A stretch of DNA of 64,000 bases from Thermoanaerobaculia bacterium (GCA_036385045.1 DASVLC010000022.1:4034-68033); one strand, 5' to 3'. Shown: positions 8,862-18,344, counted from the first letter of the stretch. Notes: generated from the sequence alone by a model not told the origin. A program made the numbers and translations.

Positions 8862-10472
8862 ATGCAGCGCCAGATGACGAACCGCGCGCGTGTGGGGATC
8901 TTCGGCTGGGGTGTGGTCGCTCCGAAATCCTCAGATATTGAAGCCTTTGAACGCAACCTTCAGAGCGCAGACACCTGGCTGTCCCCCTTCGAGGGCTACG
9001 GGCAGTCGAATTTCCTGGTAGGAAATCCGGAATTCGATTTCGAAACATACCACGCATGGTTCGACGCCCGATTTCCCCCTGCCAAGTATTCGCAGCTCGA
9101 CGAGAAGATGGGACCGATGGTGAAGTACGCGATCGGGGCGTTCATTCAGTCGCTTGGACAGAACCCCGGACTCGAACAGTACCTTCATTCGCTCGGGACC
9201 GCCTGTCACGTCTACGTAGGCACGGGACTCGGCGATATCACGATCACCCAGGAGCAGTCGGTACTCTACGACCGCAAACTGCGCCGCTGGAACGCCTTCT
9301 GGGCTGCTCCCGAGCGGTGTACCCCTCTCCGCCTTCACCTGGACGGTGAGAAAACCGCCACCTCGGCCCCCCCCAGCCCGGCGGCGCTCGAAGTCGGATC
9401 TGAGGACTGGATCGATGCGAAACACCGCTGGGAGGAGTACTGGGCTACCCAGAGTGACGCGCTCAGCACCTACCTGGCCGAAGCACGGCAGGTACATTCC
9501 GAACCGGTTCCGGCGTCGTCCGGCTCCGCGAAGCTCTCCACTCTTCGTCAGAAGCTCAACAGAATCCGTCAGCTGAACCGGAAATGGGGATGCCCCGAGG
9601 AACCATGGGCCGCGGTCTCTCCTAACCTCCTCTGGAACATTTCCAACATCCCGGCTGCACAGATCTCGATGCTGGGAAAGATCGTCGGCCCCGCATTCGC
9701 CCCAATCGCCGCCTGCGCCTCGTTCGGTATCGCTCTGAAGCTCGCCGTCGACGCGATCCATCGCGGAGAGGCGAAAGCAGTGGTGATCGGGATGACCGAT
9801 CCCCCGCCGCACCCGATGGTGATCTCCGCCTTTTACAACGCCAACGTGCTTTCAGCGGACGCCGACGTTTCGCGGCCACTGACCGGCCTGAAAGGGACAC
9901 ACATCGCCGGCGGGTCGTGCGTCTGGATCGTCGGCGACGCCGACGAGATGAGGGCGCAGGGTTTCACTCCGCTTGGGATGGAGATTCTCGGGGTCGGTAT
10001 GTCGTCTGATGCGCATCACATCATCACGCCCTCCAAAGGGGGCCCACAGCTCGCGATCCGCGCGGCTCTTCAAGACGCTCAGACGAGCGACATTGCCACG
10101 TGGGACATGCATGCGACCGCGACTCCCGGAGATGCTTCTGAGATCGAAAACTCCCTCGAGATGCTCCATCCCGACGTGATCTTCACCGCCCGGAAGGGGA
10201 CCTTCGGTCATGGAATGTCGGTAGGCGGCGGCTGGGAGCTCACCGCGCAGCACATGGGAGTAGCCAGGGGGAGGCTGTTCCCGATGCCGCTGACCGAGGG
10301 AGAGCTTCATGCGGACGTGAAGGTTCACGCGGCAAGAATCGTCGATCGCGATGGTTGCGTCGTGAGGCGTGGACTGAGCGGCAAACTCAGCATGGGAGTC
10401 GGTGGGATCAATTCGTGCGTGATCTCGCGTCCCTGGGAGCAGGACGATCCGGCGACCGGTCCAGAGGAATGA
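8862..10472 (+). CDS. Beta-ketoacyl synthase family protein (KAS I/II-like) with a large internal insertion
   Basis: Catalytic Cys in IAACASFGIALKLAVDAI, and His motifs SDAHHIITPS and KGTFGHGMSVGG. I placed the start at ATG 8862 (MQRQMTNRARVGIFGWG) because the 8427 start would overlap the divergent lipoprotein gene. Confidence 0.8.
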   Translation: MQRQMTNRARVGIFGWGVVAPKSSDIEAFERNLQSADTWLSPFEGYGQSNFLVGNPEFDFETYHAWFDARFPPAKYSQLDEKMGPMVKYAIGAFIQSLGQNPGLEQYLHSLGTACHVYVGTGLGDITITQEQSVLYDRKLRRWNAFWAAPERCTPLRLHLDGEKTATSAPPSPAALEVGSEDWIDAKHRWEEYWATQSDALSTYLAEARQVHSEPVPASSGSAKLSTLRQKLNRIRQLNRKWGCPEEPWAAVSPNLLWNISNIPAAQISMLGKIVGPAFAPIAACASFGIALKLAVDAIHRGEAKAVVIGMTDPPPHPMVISAFYNANVLSADADVSRPLTGLKGTHIAGGSCVWIVGDADEMRAQGFTPLGMEILGVGMSSDAHHIITPSKGGPQLAIRAALQDAQTSDIATWDMHATATPGDASEIENSLEMLHPDVIFTARKGTFGHGMSVGGGWELTAQHMGVARGRLFPMPLTEGELHADVKVHAARIVDRDGCVVRRGLSGKLSMGVGGINSCVISRPWEQDDPATGPEE

Positions 10473-10504
10473 AAACGACGACGGCGCCTCGAAAGGCGCC
10501 GTCA
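10472..10504 (-). terminator. Intrinsic terminator downstream of cspA
   Basis: Hairpin gacggcgcc-tcgaaa-ggcgccgtc (10481-10504). On the minus strand it is followed by gtcgttttc. Confidence 0.55.
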
Positions 10505-10547
10505 GTAAACGATCCCCGCAGGTTTCTGCAGAGAGTACAGCTGTGGG

Positions 10548-10751
10548 CTAGACGATCGTGACGTTCTGAGCCTGCAGGCCCTTGGGGCCCTGGGCGACGT
10601 CGAACTCGACCTGGGCGCCTTCCTGCAGGGAGCGGAAGCCGGCGCTCTGAATGGCGCTGAAGTGAACGAACACGTCCTCGCCACCTTCGGTCGTGATGAA
10701 GCCGAAGCCCTTCGCATCGTTGAACCACTTGACTGTTCCGTTTTGACGCAT
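10548..10751 (-). CDS. cspA: Cold-shock protein, CspA family
   Basis: 67 aa. [15 protein letters not shown] (RNP1) and DVFVHFS (RNP2). Confidence 0.95.
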   Translation of the reverse strand: MRQNGTVKWFNDAKGFGFITTEGGEDVFVHFSAIQSAGFRSLQEGAQVEFDVAQGPKGLQAQNVTIV

Positions 10752-10757
10752 GGTTTG

Positions 10758-10796
10758 GGATCTCCTTTCGCGAAACTATGCTGCCGAGGGAGATCC
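10758..10796 (-). promoter_or_regulatory. SD-sequestering hairpin in the cspA 5' UTR
   Basis: On the mRNA, GGAUCUCC (from 10796-10789) can pair with GGAGAUCC (10765-10758). The latter contains the AAAGGAGA ribosome-binding site just before the ATG at 10751. The loop is 23 nt. Confidence 0.4.
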
Positions 10797-10866
10797 ACAA
10801 GACTGCGAAATCTCTTCAGAAGCGGAATACGGAACATCAGAGGACGCAGATGAAATTCCGCGACCC

Positions 10867-11244
10867 TCACCTCAGCTTCGCGAGACCCCTCGGCATCGCC
10901 TTGACCAGAGCATTTTCCCGATCGATCCCATGGCGTTTGTCGAGCATGGTCTGCCGGATGTAGTCGAGGAGCATGGAGAACTCCATATCGGCCTCGTTCA
11001 TCATCCGCGCGAGCCGGAGAACGACTTCGACACCGGCGAGGTTCACGCCGAGATCCCTGGTCAGCGTGAGAATCATCTCCAGCTTCCTGATCTCATCTTC
11101 ACCGTACAGCCGCGTATTGCCGGCCGTTCTCGACGGTTTGATCAACCCCTCACGCTCATAGAGCCGAAGCGTCTGCGGATGGATGTTGTATCTCTCCGAG
11201 ATGATCGAGATCATGACGAATCCATCGGATCTGCGGCGTCCCAT
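10867..11244 (-). CDS. hspR: MerR-family heat-shock repressor HspR
   Basis: MerR HTH ISIISERYNIHPQTLRLYEREGLIKPSRTAGNTRLY. Located immediately downstream of dnaK. I placed the start at ATG 11244, which is preceded by AAAAGGGGAG. Confidence 0.8.
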   Translation of the reverse strand: MGRRRSDGFVMISIISERYNIHPQTLRLYEREGLIKPSRTAGNTRLYGEDEIRKLEMILTLTRDLGVNLAGVEVVLRLARMMNEADMEFSMLLDYIRQTMLDKRHGIDRENALVKAMPRGLAKLR

Positions 11245-11337
11245 CTGAGCTCCCCTTTTCCGATCTCGGCAACGTGCGACTCCTGACAGCGGACCTGGCT
11301 GCGTCACCCCCTGGTGACGCAGCCCGTTATATCCCTA

Positions 11338-13251
11338 CTACTTGTTCTCGTCGACGACCTCGGCTTCGATGACGTCGTCCTTCGACGAAGCACCGGCTCC
11401 GCTGGCACCCGGGTCTCCGCCATCGGCGCCACCCCCGCCGCCCTGGGACGACGAAGCCTGCTGGTACATCACCTCGGCGAGTTTGTGTGACGCCTTCTGG
11501 AGCGCGTCGGTGGCGGCACGCATCGCATCGACGTCACCCTGCTCCATCGCCTTCCTGGCATCGCCGATTGCACTCTCGAGTGACTGGACGTCCGCTCCAG
11601 CGATTTTCTCGCGGTTCTCGCTCAGCATCTTCTCGACCTGATAGACCAGCGAGTCGAGCTGGTTCTTGACCTCGACTTCCTCGCGGCGCTTGCGGTCTTC
11701 ATCCGCGTGAGATTCCGCGTCCTTCACGAGACGCTCGACGTCATCCTTCGAGAGACCGGACGAGCTGGTGATCGTGATCTTCTGCTCTTTCCCGGTCCCC
11801 AGATCCTTCGCCGAAACGTTCATGATGCCGTTTGCGTCGATGTCGAACGTGACCTCGACCTGCGGTACGCCTCGCGGCGCGGGAGGAATCCCGACGAGAT
11901 GGAAAGCTCCCAGAAGCTTGTTCGCAGAGGCAATCTCGCGCTCTCCCTGGTGAACCTTGATCTCGACCGATGTCTGATTGTCCGCCGCCGTCGAGAAGGT
12001 TTCCGACTTGCGCGTGGGGATCGTCGTGTTGCGCTCGATCAGCCGCGTCATGACCCCACCGAGCGTCTCGATGCCGAGCGAGAGCGGAGTCACGTCGAGC
12101 AGGAGAACATCCTTCACGTCGCCACCCAGCACGCCGCCCTGGACCGCTGCACCGACTGCGACCACCTCGTCCGGGTTGACGCCCTTGTGAGGCTCCTTGC
12201 CGAAGTAGTCCTTGACCGCCTGCTGAACCATCGGGATCCGGGTGGAACCACCCACCAGAACGACCTCATCGATCTTCTTGGGGTCGACGCCGGCATCGGC
12301 GAGCGCCTGCCTCACCGGGCCCATCGTCTTCTGCACGATGTCGCCGATGAGCTGCTCGAACTTTGCGCGCGTGAGCGACATGTTGAGATGCTTCGGACCC
12401 GATGCGTCCGCGGTGATGAACGGCAGATTGACGTCGGTCGACATCGTCGAGGACAGCTCGATCTTCGCCTTCTCTGCCGCTTCTCTCAGACGCTGCAGAG
12501 CCATCTTGTCCTTCGAGAGGTCGATGCCCTGGTCCTTGCGAAACTCTTCCACGATCCAGTCGATGAGACGCTGATCGACGTTGTCACCGCCGAGATGCGT
12601 GTCTCCGTTGGTCGACTTCACCTCGACGACACCGTCGCCCACCTCGAGGATCGAGATGTCGAAGGTTCCGCCGCCAAAGTCGTAAACGGCGATCGTCTCG
12701 TTCGTTTTCTTGTCGAGACCGTACGCGAGAGCCGCTGCCGTCGGCTCGTTGACGAGGCGTTCGACCTTCAGCCCGGCGATCTCGCCAGCGTCTTTGGTTG
12801 CCTGCCGCTGCGAGTCGTTGAAGTACGCAGGAACGGTAATGACTGCCCGCTCCACCTTCTCACCGAGATAGTCCTCAGCCGCCTGCTTGAGCTTCTGCAG
12901 GATCATGGCGGAGATCTCCGGCGGCGAGTACATCTTGCTCTGCACGTCGATCCGCACGTCGTTGTTCGACGCCTGGGTGACCTTGTAGGGCACCATCTTC
13001 ATCTCTTCGTTGACTTCCTGGAACTTGCGACCCATGAAGCGTTTGATCGAAAAGACGGTATTTTCGGGATTCGTGACCGCTTGCCGCTTCGCGACCTGAC
13101 CGACGAGGCGCTCGCCGTTCTTGGCAAATCCGACCACCGACGGGGTAATCCGGCTCCCCTCGGCGTTCACGATGACTTTAGGCTCGTTGCCTTCCATGAC
13201 GGCGACGACGGAGTTCGTCGTCCCGAGGTCGATGCCGATAATTTTCGACAT
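11338..13251 (-). CDS. dnaK: Molecular chaperone DnaK (Hsp70)
   Basis: 637 aa. [18 protein letters not shown], and a full-length Hsp70 pattern. Confidence 0.98.
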   Translation of the reverse strand: MSKIIGIDLGTTNSVVAVMEGNEPKVIVNAEGSRITPSVVGFAKNGERLVGQVAKRQAVTNPENTVFSIKRFMGRKFQEVNEEMKMVPYKVTQASNNDVRIDVQSKMYSPPEISAMILQKLKQAAEDYLGEKVERAVITVPAYFNDSQRQATKDAGEIAGLKVERLVNEPTAAALAYGLDKKTNETIAVYDFGGGTFDISILEVGDGVVEVKSTNGDTHLGGDNVDQRLIDWIVEEFRKDQGIDLSKDKMALQRLREAAEKAKIELSSTMSTDVNLPFITADASGPKHLNMSLTRAKFEQLIGDIVQKTMGPVRQALADAGVDPKKIDEVVLVGGSTRIPMVQQAVKDYFGKEPHKGVNPDEVVAVGAAVQGGVLGGDVKDVLLLDVTPLSLGIETLGGVMTRLIERNTTIPTRKSETFSTAADNQTSVEIKVHQGEREIASANKLLGAFHLVGIPPAPRGVPQVEVTFDIDANGIMNVSAKDLGTGKEQKITITSSSGLSKDDVERLVKDAESHADEDRKRREEVEVKNQLDSLVYQVEKMLSENREKIAGADVQSLESAIGDARKAMEQGDVDAMRAATDALQKASHKLAEVMYQQASSSQGGGGGADGGDPGASGAGASSKDDVIEAEVVDENK

Positions 13252-13271
13252 AATCTATTCTCCTTCCACGA

Positions 13272-13292
13272 CTTGAGAGGCGGCAACGTAAG
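13272..13292. promoter_or_regulatory. HAIR-like inverted repeat (candidate HspR operator) upstream of dnaK
   Basis: The sequence is CTTGAGA-N7-ACGTAAG, against the HAIR consensus CTTGAGT-N7-ACTCAAG (6/7 and 5/7 matches). It lies 21-41 bp upstream of the dnaK start. Confidence 0.35.
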
Positions 13293-13482
13293 GTTGAGCG
13301 TCTCGTTGTCACATTCAGTTATTTCAGCAAACCTGAGTCTAGCATTGTAAATTTCCGAGGCGCAAGGAGTAGACCTCGCTCGTCCACTTGTTATCATGTC
13401 CTGCCGCGACTGCCAGTCAGAGATAGCTGGGATTGGCTTCCGGTATGAAGATGCGTTCTACGAGAATCGGAGGGGTATTTCG

Positions 13483-14193
13483 ATGAGTCAGTTTCCGTAT
13501 CAACCTCAGCAACAGCAGCCGGCATGGGTCGAGGGGCGCACCGCGCAGACCGCAGAGCGGGAGCGCGAATTCATCCGCTCGGTCTACGGCTGGATGTTCG
13601 GCGGGCTGCTTCTGACAGCCGCGGCGTCGCTTTGGGTCGTGATGTCACCGGCAATGCAGCGGATCGTCTCGAGCACCTGGTTGTTTCTGGTGATCGCCGA
13701 GCTCGGAATCGTCTTTTTCCTTTCGTTCCGGATCATGAAGATGTCGGCCGGGGCGGCGGCTTCGGCGTTCCTGGTCTTCTCGCTGCTGAACGGCCTCACG
13801 CTCAGTGCGATCTTCTTCGTCTACACCACTGCGTCGATCTTCCAGGCCTTCGTGAGTGCGGGCGCGATGTTCGGCGCGATGAGCGTGTACGGCTACGTAA
13901 CGAAGCGCGACCTCACCTCGTGGGGCTCATTCTTCTTCATGGGCCTGATCGGAATTCTGATCACAATGGTGATCAACTACTTCCTCAAGTCGACGGCGCT
14001 CGGATACGCGATCTCGATCATCGGCGTGTTCGTGTTTCTGGGCTTGACGGCCTACGACACGCAGAAGCTGAAGTCGTACGCCACGGCGACGGAGATGCGA
14101 GAGAACCTCGCGGTCATCGGAGCGCTCGCGCTCTATCTCGATTTCGTGAATCTCTTCCTGATGATGCTGAGACTCTTCGGCAACCGCAGATAG
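13483..14193 (+). CDS. Bax inhibitor-1/YccA family membrane protein
   Basis: Multi-TM protein with the characteristic N-terminus (FIRSVYGWMFGGLLLTA). Start at ATG 13483, preceded by GGAGGGG. Confidence 0.85.
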   Translation: MSQFPYQPQQQQPAWVEGRTAQTAEREREFIRSVYGWMFGGLLLTAAASLWVVMSPAMQRIVSSTWLFLVIAELGIVFFLSFRIMKMSAGAAASAFLVFSLLNGLTLSAIFFVYTTASIFQAFVSAGAMFGAMSVYGYVTKRDLTSWGSFFFMGLIGILITMVINYFLKSTALGYAISIIGVFVFLGLTAYDTQKLKSYATATEMRENLAVIGALALYLDFVNLFLMMLRLFGNRR

Positions 14194-14255
14194 CGGGCGA
14201 TTGAAACCGCGCCGCCGGGCTTGCCCGGCGGCGACATCGTTCAGCGCGGCCGGGC

Positions 14256-14627
14256 TCATGCCGCGCGGCGTCGTGCTGTTCTTCCGAGCATCCGCTTCCG
14301 TGTGAGCGCGTTCTCCACCGCATAAGCCGAAATCGTCGTTATCGAAGTAGACATAAATCGATTCCAGCCGGCGGCTCCACGGCAACAGCGAAAGAAACGA
14401 CTCGAGGCGCTCGACATTCACGTTCCATCGCGGAGGCAACTGCCAGAGAATCGGGTCTCCGGTCTTGAGCACTGCGGGGTAGTAACGGCCGAGCCAGTGC
14501 CGGTAGTGATATCCGGAGGTTCCGATGCGTATCTCTGCGGCGATGGCGTTCGTTCGATCAGGCGTTGCGAACCGGTAACGTGCCGGCGCCGGGAGGCAGC
14601 CGGCACGTTTGAGGTCACTGAGAATTC
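14256..14627 (-). pseudogene. Decayed DUF72-family gene (no start codon, internal deletion, frameshift)
   Basis: The frame reads ...IRIGTSGYHYRHWLGRYYPA (DUF72 N-terminus). This is joined directly to LWQLPPRWNVNVERLESFL...YVYFDNDD (C-terminal part). The expected ending AYAVENALTRKRML appears only in another frame. No in-frame ATG/GTG lies upstream of IGTSGY. Confidence 0.55.
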
Positions 14628-15553
14628 GTCAACAGGAGGCGGCCATCCGCAGCCCGCACCAGCCGTACCGGTAAAGTAGTCGTGCCAGAGGTCGCGGGCG
14701 ACGCCTGCAGCGGCGTCCGCACTGACTGCGAGGAAGCAGCGTCAAGACTGCCGTTCGCACCGATCGCGCGCGAGGTCGAGCTCATTGTCAGCGGTGGAAG
14801 CTGTCCGGAAAATGTTGTCGGAGAAGGTGTCATACCGGAAGCCGTCGTTACCGGCATCGTCACCGCCGTCCCGACCGAGGGCGTCGCGATACTACCGGTC
14901 GCTCCGGCAAACGTGCCGACCGGCACCCCGCTCGCAGCAACCGTCGGCGAGGGAGCGAGTCCGGCCGGGACGTTCATGACAACGCCGTCGCCTCGCCTGA
15001 TCACCCCACCGCCAGGAACGGCAAAGCCCTCGGCGGCGACGGCCCCGAGAAGTGCATCCACGTCAGCAACGTCGGCGGCAAGATCAGCGACGCCGACGAG
15101 CGGAGTCGCCGGTGAGCTGATCGAAGAGTTGATGGTGATCTGTGGGTTGGTCAGCAGAGACGGGTTGGGAAGCTGGCCGTACGGAAGGGCTGCGGAGTAG
15201 CTCGGCGCCGGGAACTCTGCCGGATCTGCGGGACCGAGCTCTCTGACAGACGGAGTCGCTTCGATCCGCGCCATCATTCCGGCGACCTGATCGGCCGGAA
15301 CATGATAGGTCGACCCATCGCCCGAGAATGACGACGTCATCGGCGGGACCGTCGGCGGGTGCTCCGAGCCGCTCATAACCCCTGAAGTCGGCGTCACGCG
15401 GATCGCGGGATCGGACCGTCCCGGCTGGCCGTCGCCGAGGTTGCGGTTGGTCGTACATCCGACGACAGCCAGTGATGTCGTCAGCGAAACTGCCAGCAGC
15501 GCACGCGCAGTGCGCTGCGAAATCAACGTTCGTATTTTCAATGCTTTATACAT
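14615..15553 (-). CDS. Ser/Thr/Pro/Gly-rich lipoprotein, unknown function
   Basis: Start at ATG 15553, preceded by AAGGAGA. Signal and lipobox LTTSLAVVGC. Long low-complexity S/T/P/A/G segments. Confidence 0.65.
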   Translation of the reverse strand: MYKALKIRTLISQRTARALLAVSLTTSLAVVGCTTNRNLGDGQPGRSDPAIRVTPTSGVMSGSEHPPTVPPMTSSFSGDGSTYHVPADQVAGMMARIEATPSVRELGPADPAEFPAPSYSAALPYGQLPNPSLLTNPQITINSSISSPATPLVGVADLAADVADVDALLGAVAAEGFAVPGGGVIRRGDGVVMNVPAGLAPSPTVAASGVPVGTFAGATGSIATPSVGTAVTMPVTTASGMTPSPTTFSGQLPPLTMSSTSRAIGANGSLDAASSQSVRTPLQASPATSGTTTLPVRLVRAADGRLLLTNSQ

Positions 15554-15662
15554 GAGGTCTCCTTGGTCAGTGCAGCGCTGGAACACTCTTATTGTGAGCA
15601 ATGGACGTGCCCCGCAATCCGCTCGCAAACGCCGCAGTGGTCAGGACCTGCTCTCCGTTCAG

Positions 15663-17585
15663 CTACCGGACTGAGCCTTCGAGCGTCCGGAGCTCTCGAA
15701 GGATCTCCTCGCTGCCGGGATCGAGACGGAGGGCGGCGCGATACTCGGCCGCGGCGCCAGCGAGATCGCCGGACAATCGAAGGTACCGTGCCCGAAGCAG
15801 CAGCACCGCGCGATACGCGGGCAGAACCTCGGTGACTACCACGTCGTCGGCTTCGTAACGGATCGTCCCGTCCGCGAGGCCGGCGAGATCGATCTCGGTG
15901 AGGGTGACGTCCCGCACCCGCCCGCGCGGCAGCACCGCAACGGCGATCCCTCGCGGCAGAAGCTCGTAGTCGGACGCCAGCCTCCGAACGAAATTCTGAT
16001 CGACCGGATTGCGACTGTAGGCGATGTCCTGCGTCAGATAGACAGCGACTCCTCGCTCGACATGCGCCCCGATCACGGCAAGGAGCAGTGCATCGAAGCT
16101 GCTGTCGAGCGCGGTGCGGACAGCCGGGTCATGATACGAGGAAGGATCGTCACGCAGCATCGCCAGGTAGGGCCTGAGAACACTCAGCTCTTCCTGGACG
16201 TGGGTGAAGAGCTCAGGGTGCCGGCGTTCCACCTGCTCCACGTACCAGGGGCGCATGAGCAGATGCCAGTGAAGCGACCGGACATCTTGCCGCAGCCGCT
16301 CCACTTCCTGAAAGTAGAAGACCGGACCATAGAGTTGTTCGTCAGCCGTGATTAACAACGCGTTCTGTTCGATGCCGCGCAGGGCGTTCTCGACGTAACG
16401 CTGCGGAACCCGCCAGTCCGAACGGTCACGGTACGGCGAGTTGGCGACGGCGGAGAGGAGAGGCAGAGCAAAGAACAGCGTCAGGAGCGCCGGCCGTTCT
16501 CGCGAGATGGCAGCGGCACCGAGAGCTGCCGCAAGTGCGATGGCGAAGAACGCCGGCAGAAGGTAGGCATCCCTGTCATTGTGAATCGGATAGATAAAGA
16601 GCCAGGAGCAAGCCGCCACTGCTGCGAGAACCAGCAGCCAGAAGAGTGATCGGTCGGATCGCACGATGGCAATCAGACCGATGGCGGCGAGCAGCAGGAC
16701 GAGATGAAAGGAGCCGAATTCGCGCCCCGCGAGACTGGCTACCACCTCGAGTTGAGAGCTGCTGGCCGTCGTCGAGACGAACGATCGGAATTGCGCCGCG
16801 GTGACGTGCTGAATGAACTTCGCGACCGTCGAAGGATCGCCCCAGTTCAGTACCGGATTTCGCATCGCCGCGAACGGCAGGTACGAGTACACCGCAATGA
16901 GGCCGGCCACCGATACCGCCGTCGCCGTAGCAAAAGTCCGGCTGCGGAGCAACCGCAGGCCGCGCGTTCGCAGGACGAAAACGGCGATCGCCGGCAGCAT
17001 CAGTCCGACCGTCACATGATGGACCCCGAGCGCGAGCCCGAAGACCAGCGCCGCGACGTACACCTCACGATCGCGCTCAGTCCGACGCCACCGCAGCAGC
17101 AGCCAGAAGATCGTCACAATCAGAAACGTGTTGAGCGCATAGACCTCGGCAAGTGTCGCGTAACCCCATAGCGTTCTGCCGGAGAGGAGAAGCGCGCCGG
17201 CAAGGACCATCGTCAACAGAACCAGCATGGCCGGCGGTTCTGCAGGCTTGCTCCTGTTGCGCGCGGGACGGTACAAGAGCGCCTCCCCTGCCGCGAGAGC
17301 TGCCATTCCGCACGCTGCGGCTGCGAAAAACGCCGACGCGACGTTCACCCGCCATGCGACGCTTCCTACAGGGATGAGTAGCGTCGCCAGTTTCGTCAGG
17401 ATCAGATAGAGCGGGAAACCAGGGGGGTGAGCGTTTCCTCCCGACCATGCCGCCACGGTGAGCAGGCCGCTGTCGATGAATGCGACTGACGGCGCAAGGG
17501 TGATGAGGTATACCGAAAGGGCGACGATGAAGACCGCGGCCGCGACGCTGTAGTGGACGCGATTCACGGCAGCGAACAGTAGCAC
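15663..17585 (-). CDS. DUF2723 (TMEM260/GT-C-like) polytopic membrane protein with a C-terminal TPR-like region
   Basis: 640 aa. N-terminal FIDSGLLTVAAWSGGNAHPPGFPLY, typical of DUF2723. Many TM helices. C-terminal AAAEYRAALRLDPGSEE is TPR-like. Confidence 0.8.
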   Translation of the reverse strand: MLLFAAVNRVHYSVAAAVFIVALSVYLITLAPSVAFIDSGLLTVAAWSGGNAHPPGFPLYLILTKLATLLIPVGSVAWRVNVASAFFAAAACGMAALAAGEALLYRPARNRSKPAEPPAMLVLLTMVLAGALLLSGRTLWGYATLAEVYALNTFLIVTIFWLLLRWRRTERDREVYVAALVFGLALGVHHVTVGLMLPAIAVFVLRTRGLRLLRSRTFATATAVSVAGLIAVYSYLPFAAMRNPVLNWGDPSTVAKFIQHVTAAQFRSFVSTTASSSQLEVVASLAGREFGSFHLVLLLAAIGLIAIVRSDRSLFWLLVLAAVAACSWLFIYPIHNDRDAYLLPAFFAIALAAALGAAAISRERPALLTLFFALPLLSAVANSPYRDRSDWRVPQRYVENALRGIEQNALLITADEQLYGPVFYFQEVERLRQDVRSLHWHLLMRPWYVEQVERRHPELFTHVQEELSVLRPYLAMLRDDPSSYHDPAVRTALDSSFDALLLAVIGAHVERGVAVYLTQDIAYSRNPVDQNFVRRLASDYELLPRGIAVAVLPRGRVRDVTLTEIDLAGLADGTIRYEADDVVVTEVLPAYRAVLLLRARYLRLSGDLAGAAAEYRAALRLDPGSEEILRELRTLEGSVR

Positions 17586-17665
17586 GGGCCTCGCTCACCC
17601 GTGTTTGGCAACCGGGGCGCCCGTTGTCAGGCACCACCGGTTGCGCACGAACACTTTGACGGATG

Positions 17666-18223
17666 TCAGCGGACCGGCTGGTTGCGCTCCCGGTAGCCGC
17701 TGCCACCGGTAGCCGCCGTGCCCGAAGCGTTTCGCACTCCTGATACGTGGAAGCTCGTGTCGATGCTGCGAATCTGATTGGACAGACGGAAAAGACCGTT
17801 GTTCACATCATCGCGCAGATGAAAAGGGTTGACGTCGATACGCGTGCCGTCACGTTGAAGGTTACGAATGTCCTCGTCGCTGAGACGCGCAAGATCTTCA
17901 ATCGAGTTGATCCGGATCGTTCGTCGCTCGGTTTCGCGCGTCTCGACCACGGTCTCTCGGCGTGTCACCTGCGGAGTGCGTTCGATGATTTCCCCGTTCG
18001 GGCCGACATCGATCACTCGAGGACGGGCAGGAACGAACACCGCGCCATCATCCATTGAGGGTCGAACCCGCTCGAGACGGTTGATGTCGCTGACTTGTGG
18101 ACTTCGCGTGTCGATTCCCTGTGCTTCAGCCGGCGTTGACACGACGCCTGCCACAACGGACACCACGGCCACGACGATCAGCGCGGCCACAAGATAGGTT
18201 GCCAGAAATTTGAAGATTGCCAC
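17666..18223 (-). CDS. Hypothetical membrane-anchored protein
   Basis: I placed the start at GTG 18223 behind AGGAGA. N-terminal TM FLATYLVAALIVVAVVSVVAGVV. No motif recognised. Confidence 0.5.
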   Translation of the reverse strand: MAIFKFLATYLVAALIVVAVVSVVAGVVSTPAEAQGIDTRSPQVSDINRLERVRPSMDDGAVFVPARPRVIDVGPNGEIIERTPQVTRRETVVETRETERRTIRINSIEDLARLSDEDIRNLQRDGTRIDVNPFHLRDDVNNGLFRLSNQIRSIDTSFHVSGVRNASGTAATGGSGYRERNQPVR

Positions 18224-18344
18224 GATATCTCCTATGAGTGCCTTCAGGCGCTCATTGGTTATTAGTAGCAACTAGGATGCCGTCCTGACGGGTCTGCCCG
18301 ATTCGGGAACAGCAGTTGCTGAGGTCCCCATCCGGAGGATCAAT

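Noticed and set aside
11707-13350. Long ORFs antisense to clearly real genes (547 aa opposite dnaK; also 50664..52910 opposite infB, 38308..39774 opposite the E1 gene, 31576..33159 opposite the FDH alpha gene, 7690..8637, 54775..56090, 56188..57255).
   Set aside because: These are typical shadow ORFs of a high-GC genome. They are Arg/His/Asp-rich nonsense composition with no motifs, and the opposite strand carries unambiguous conserved proteins.
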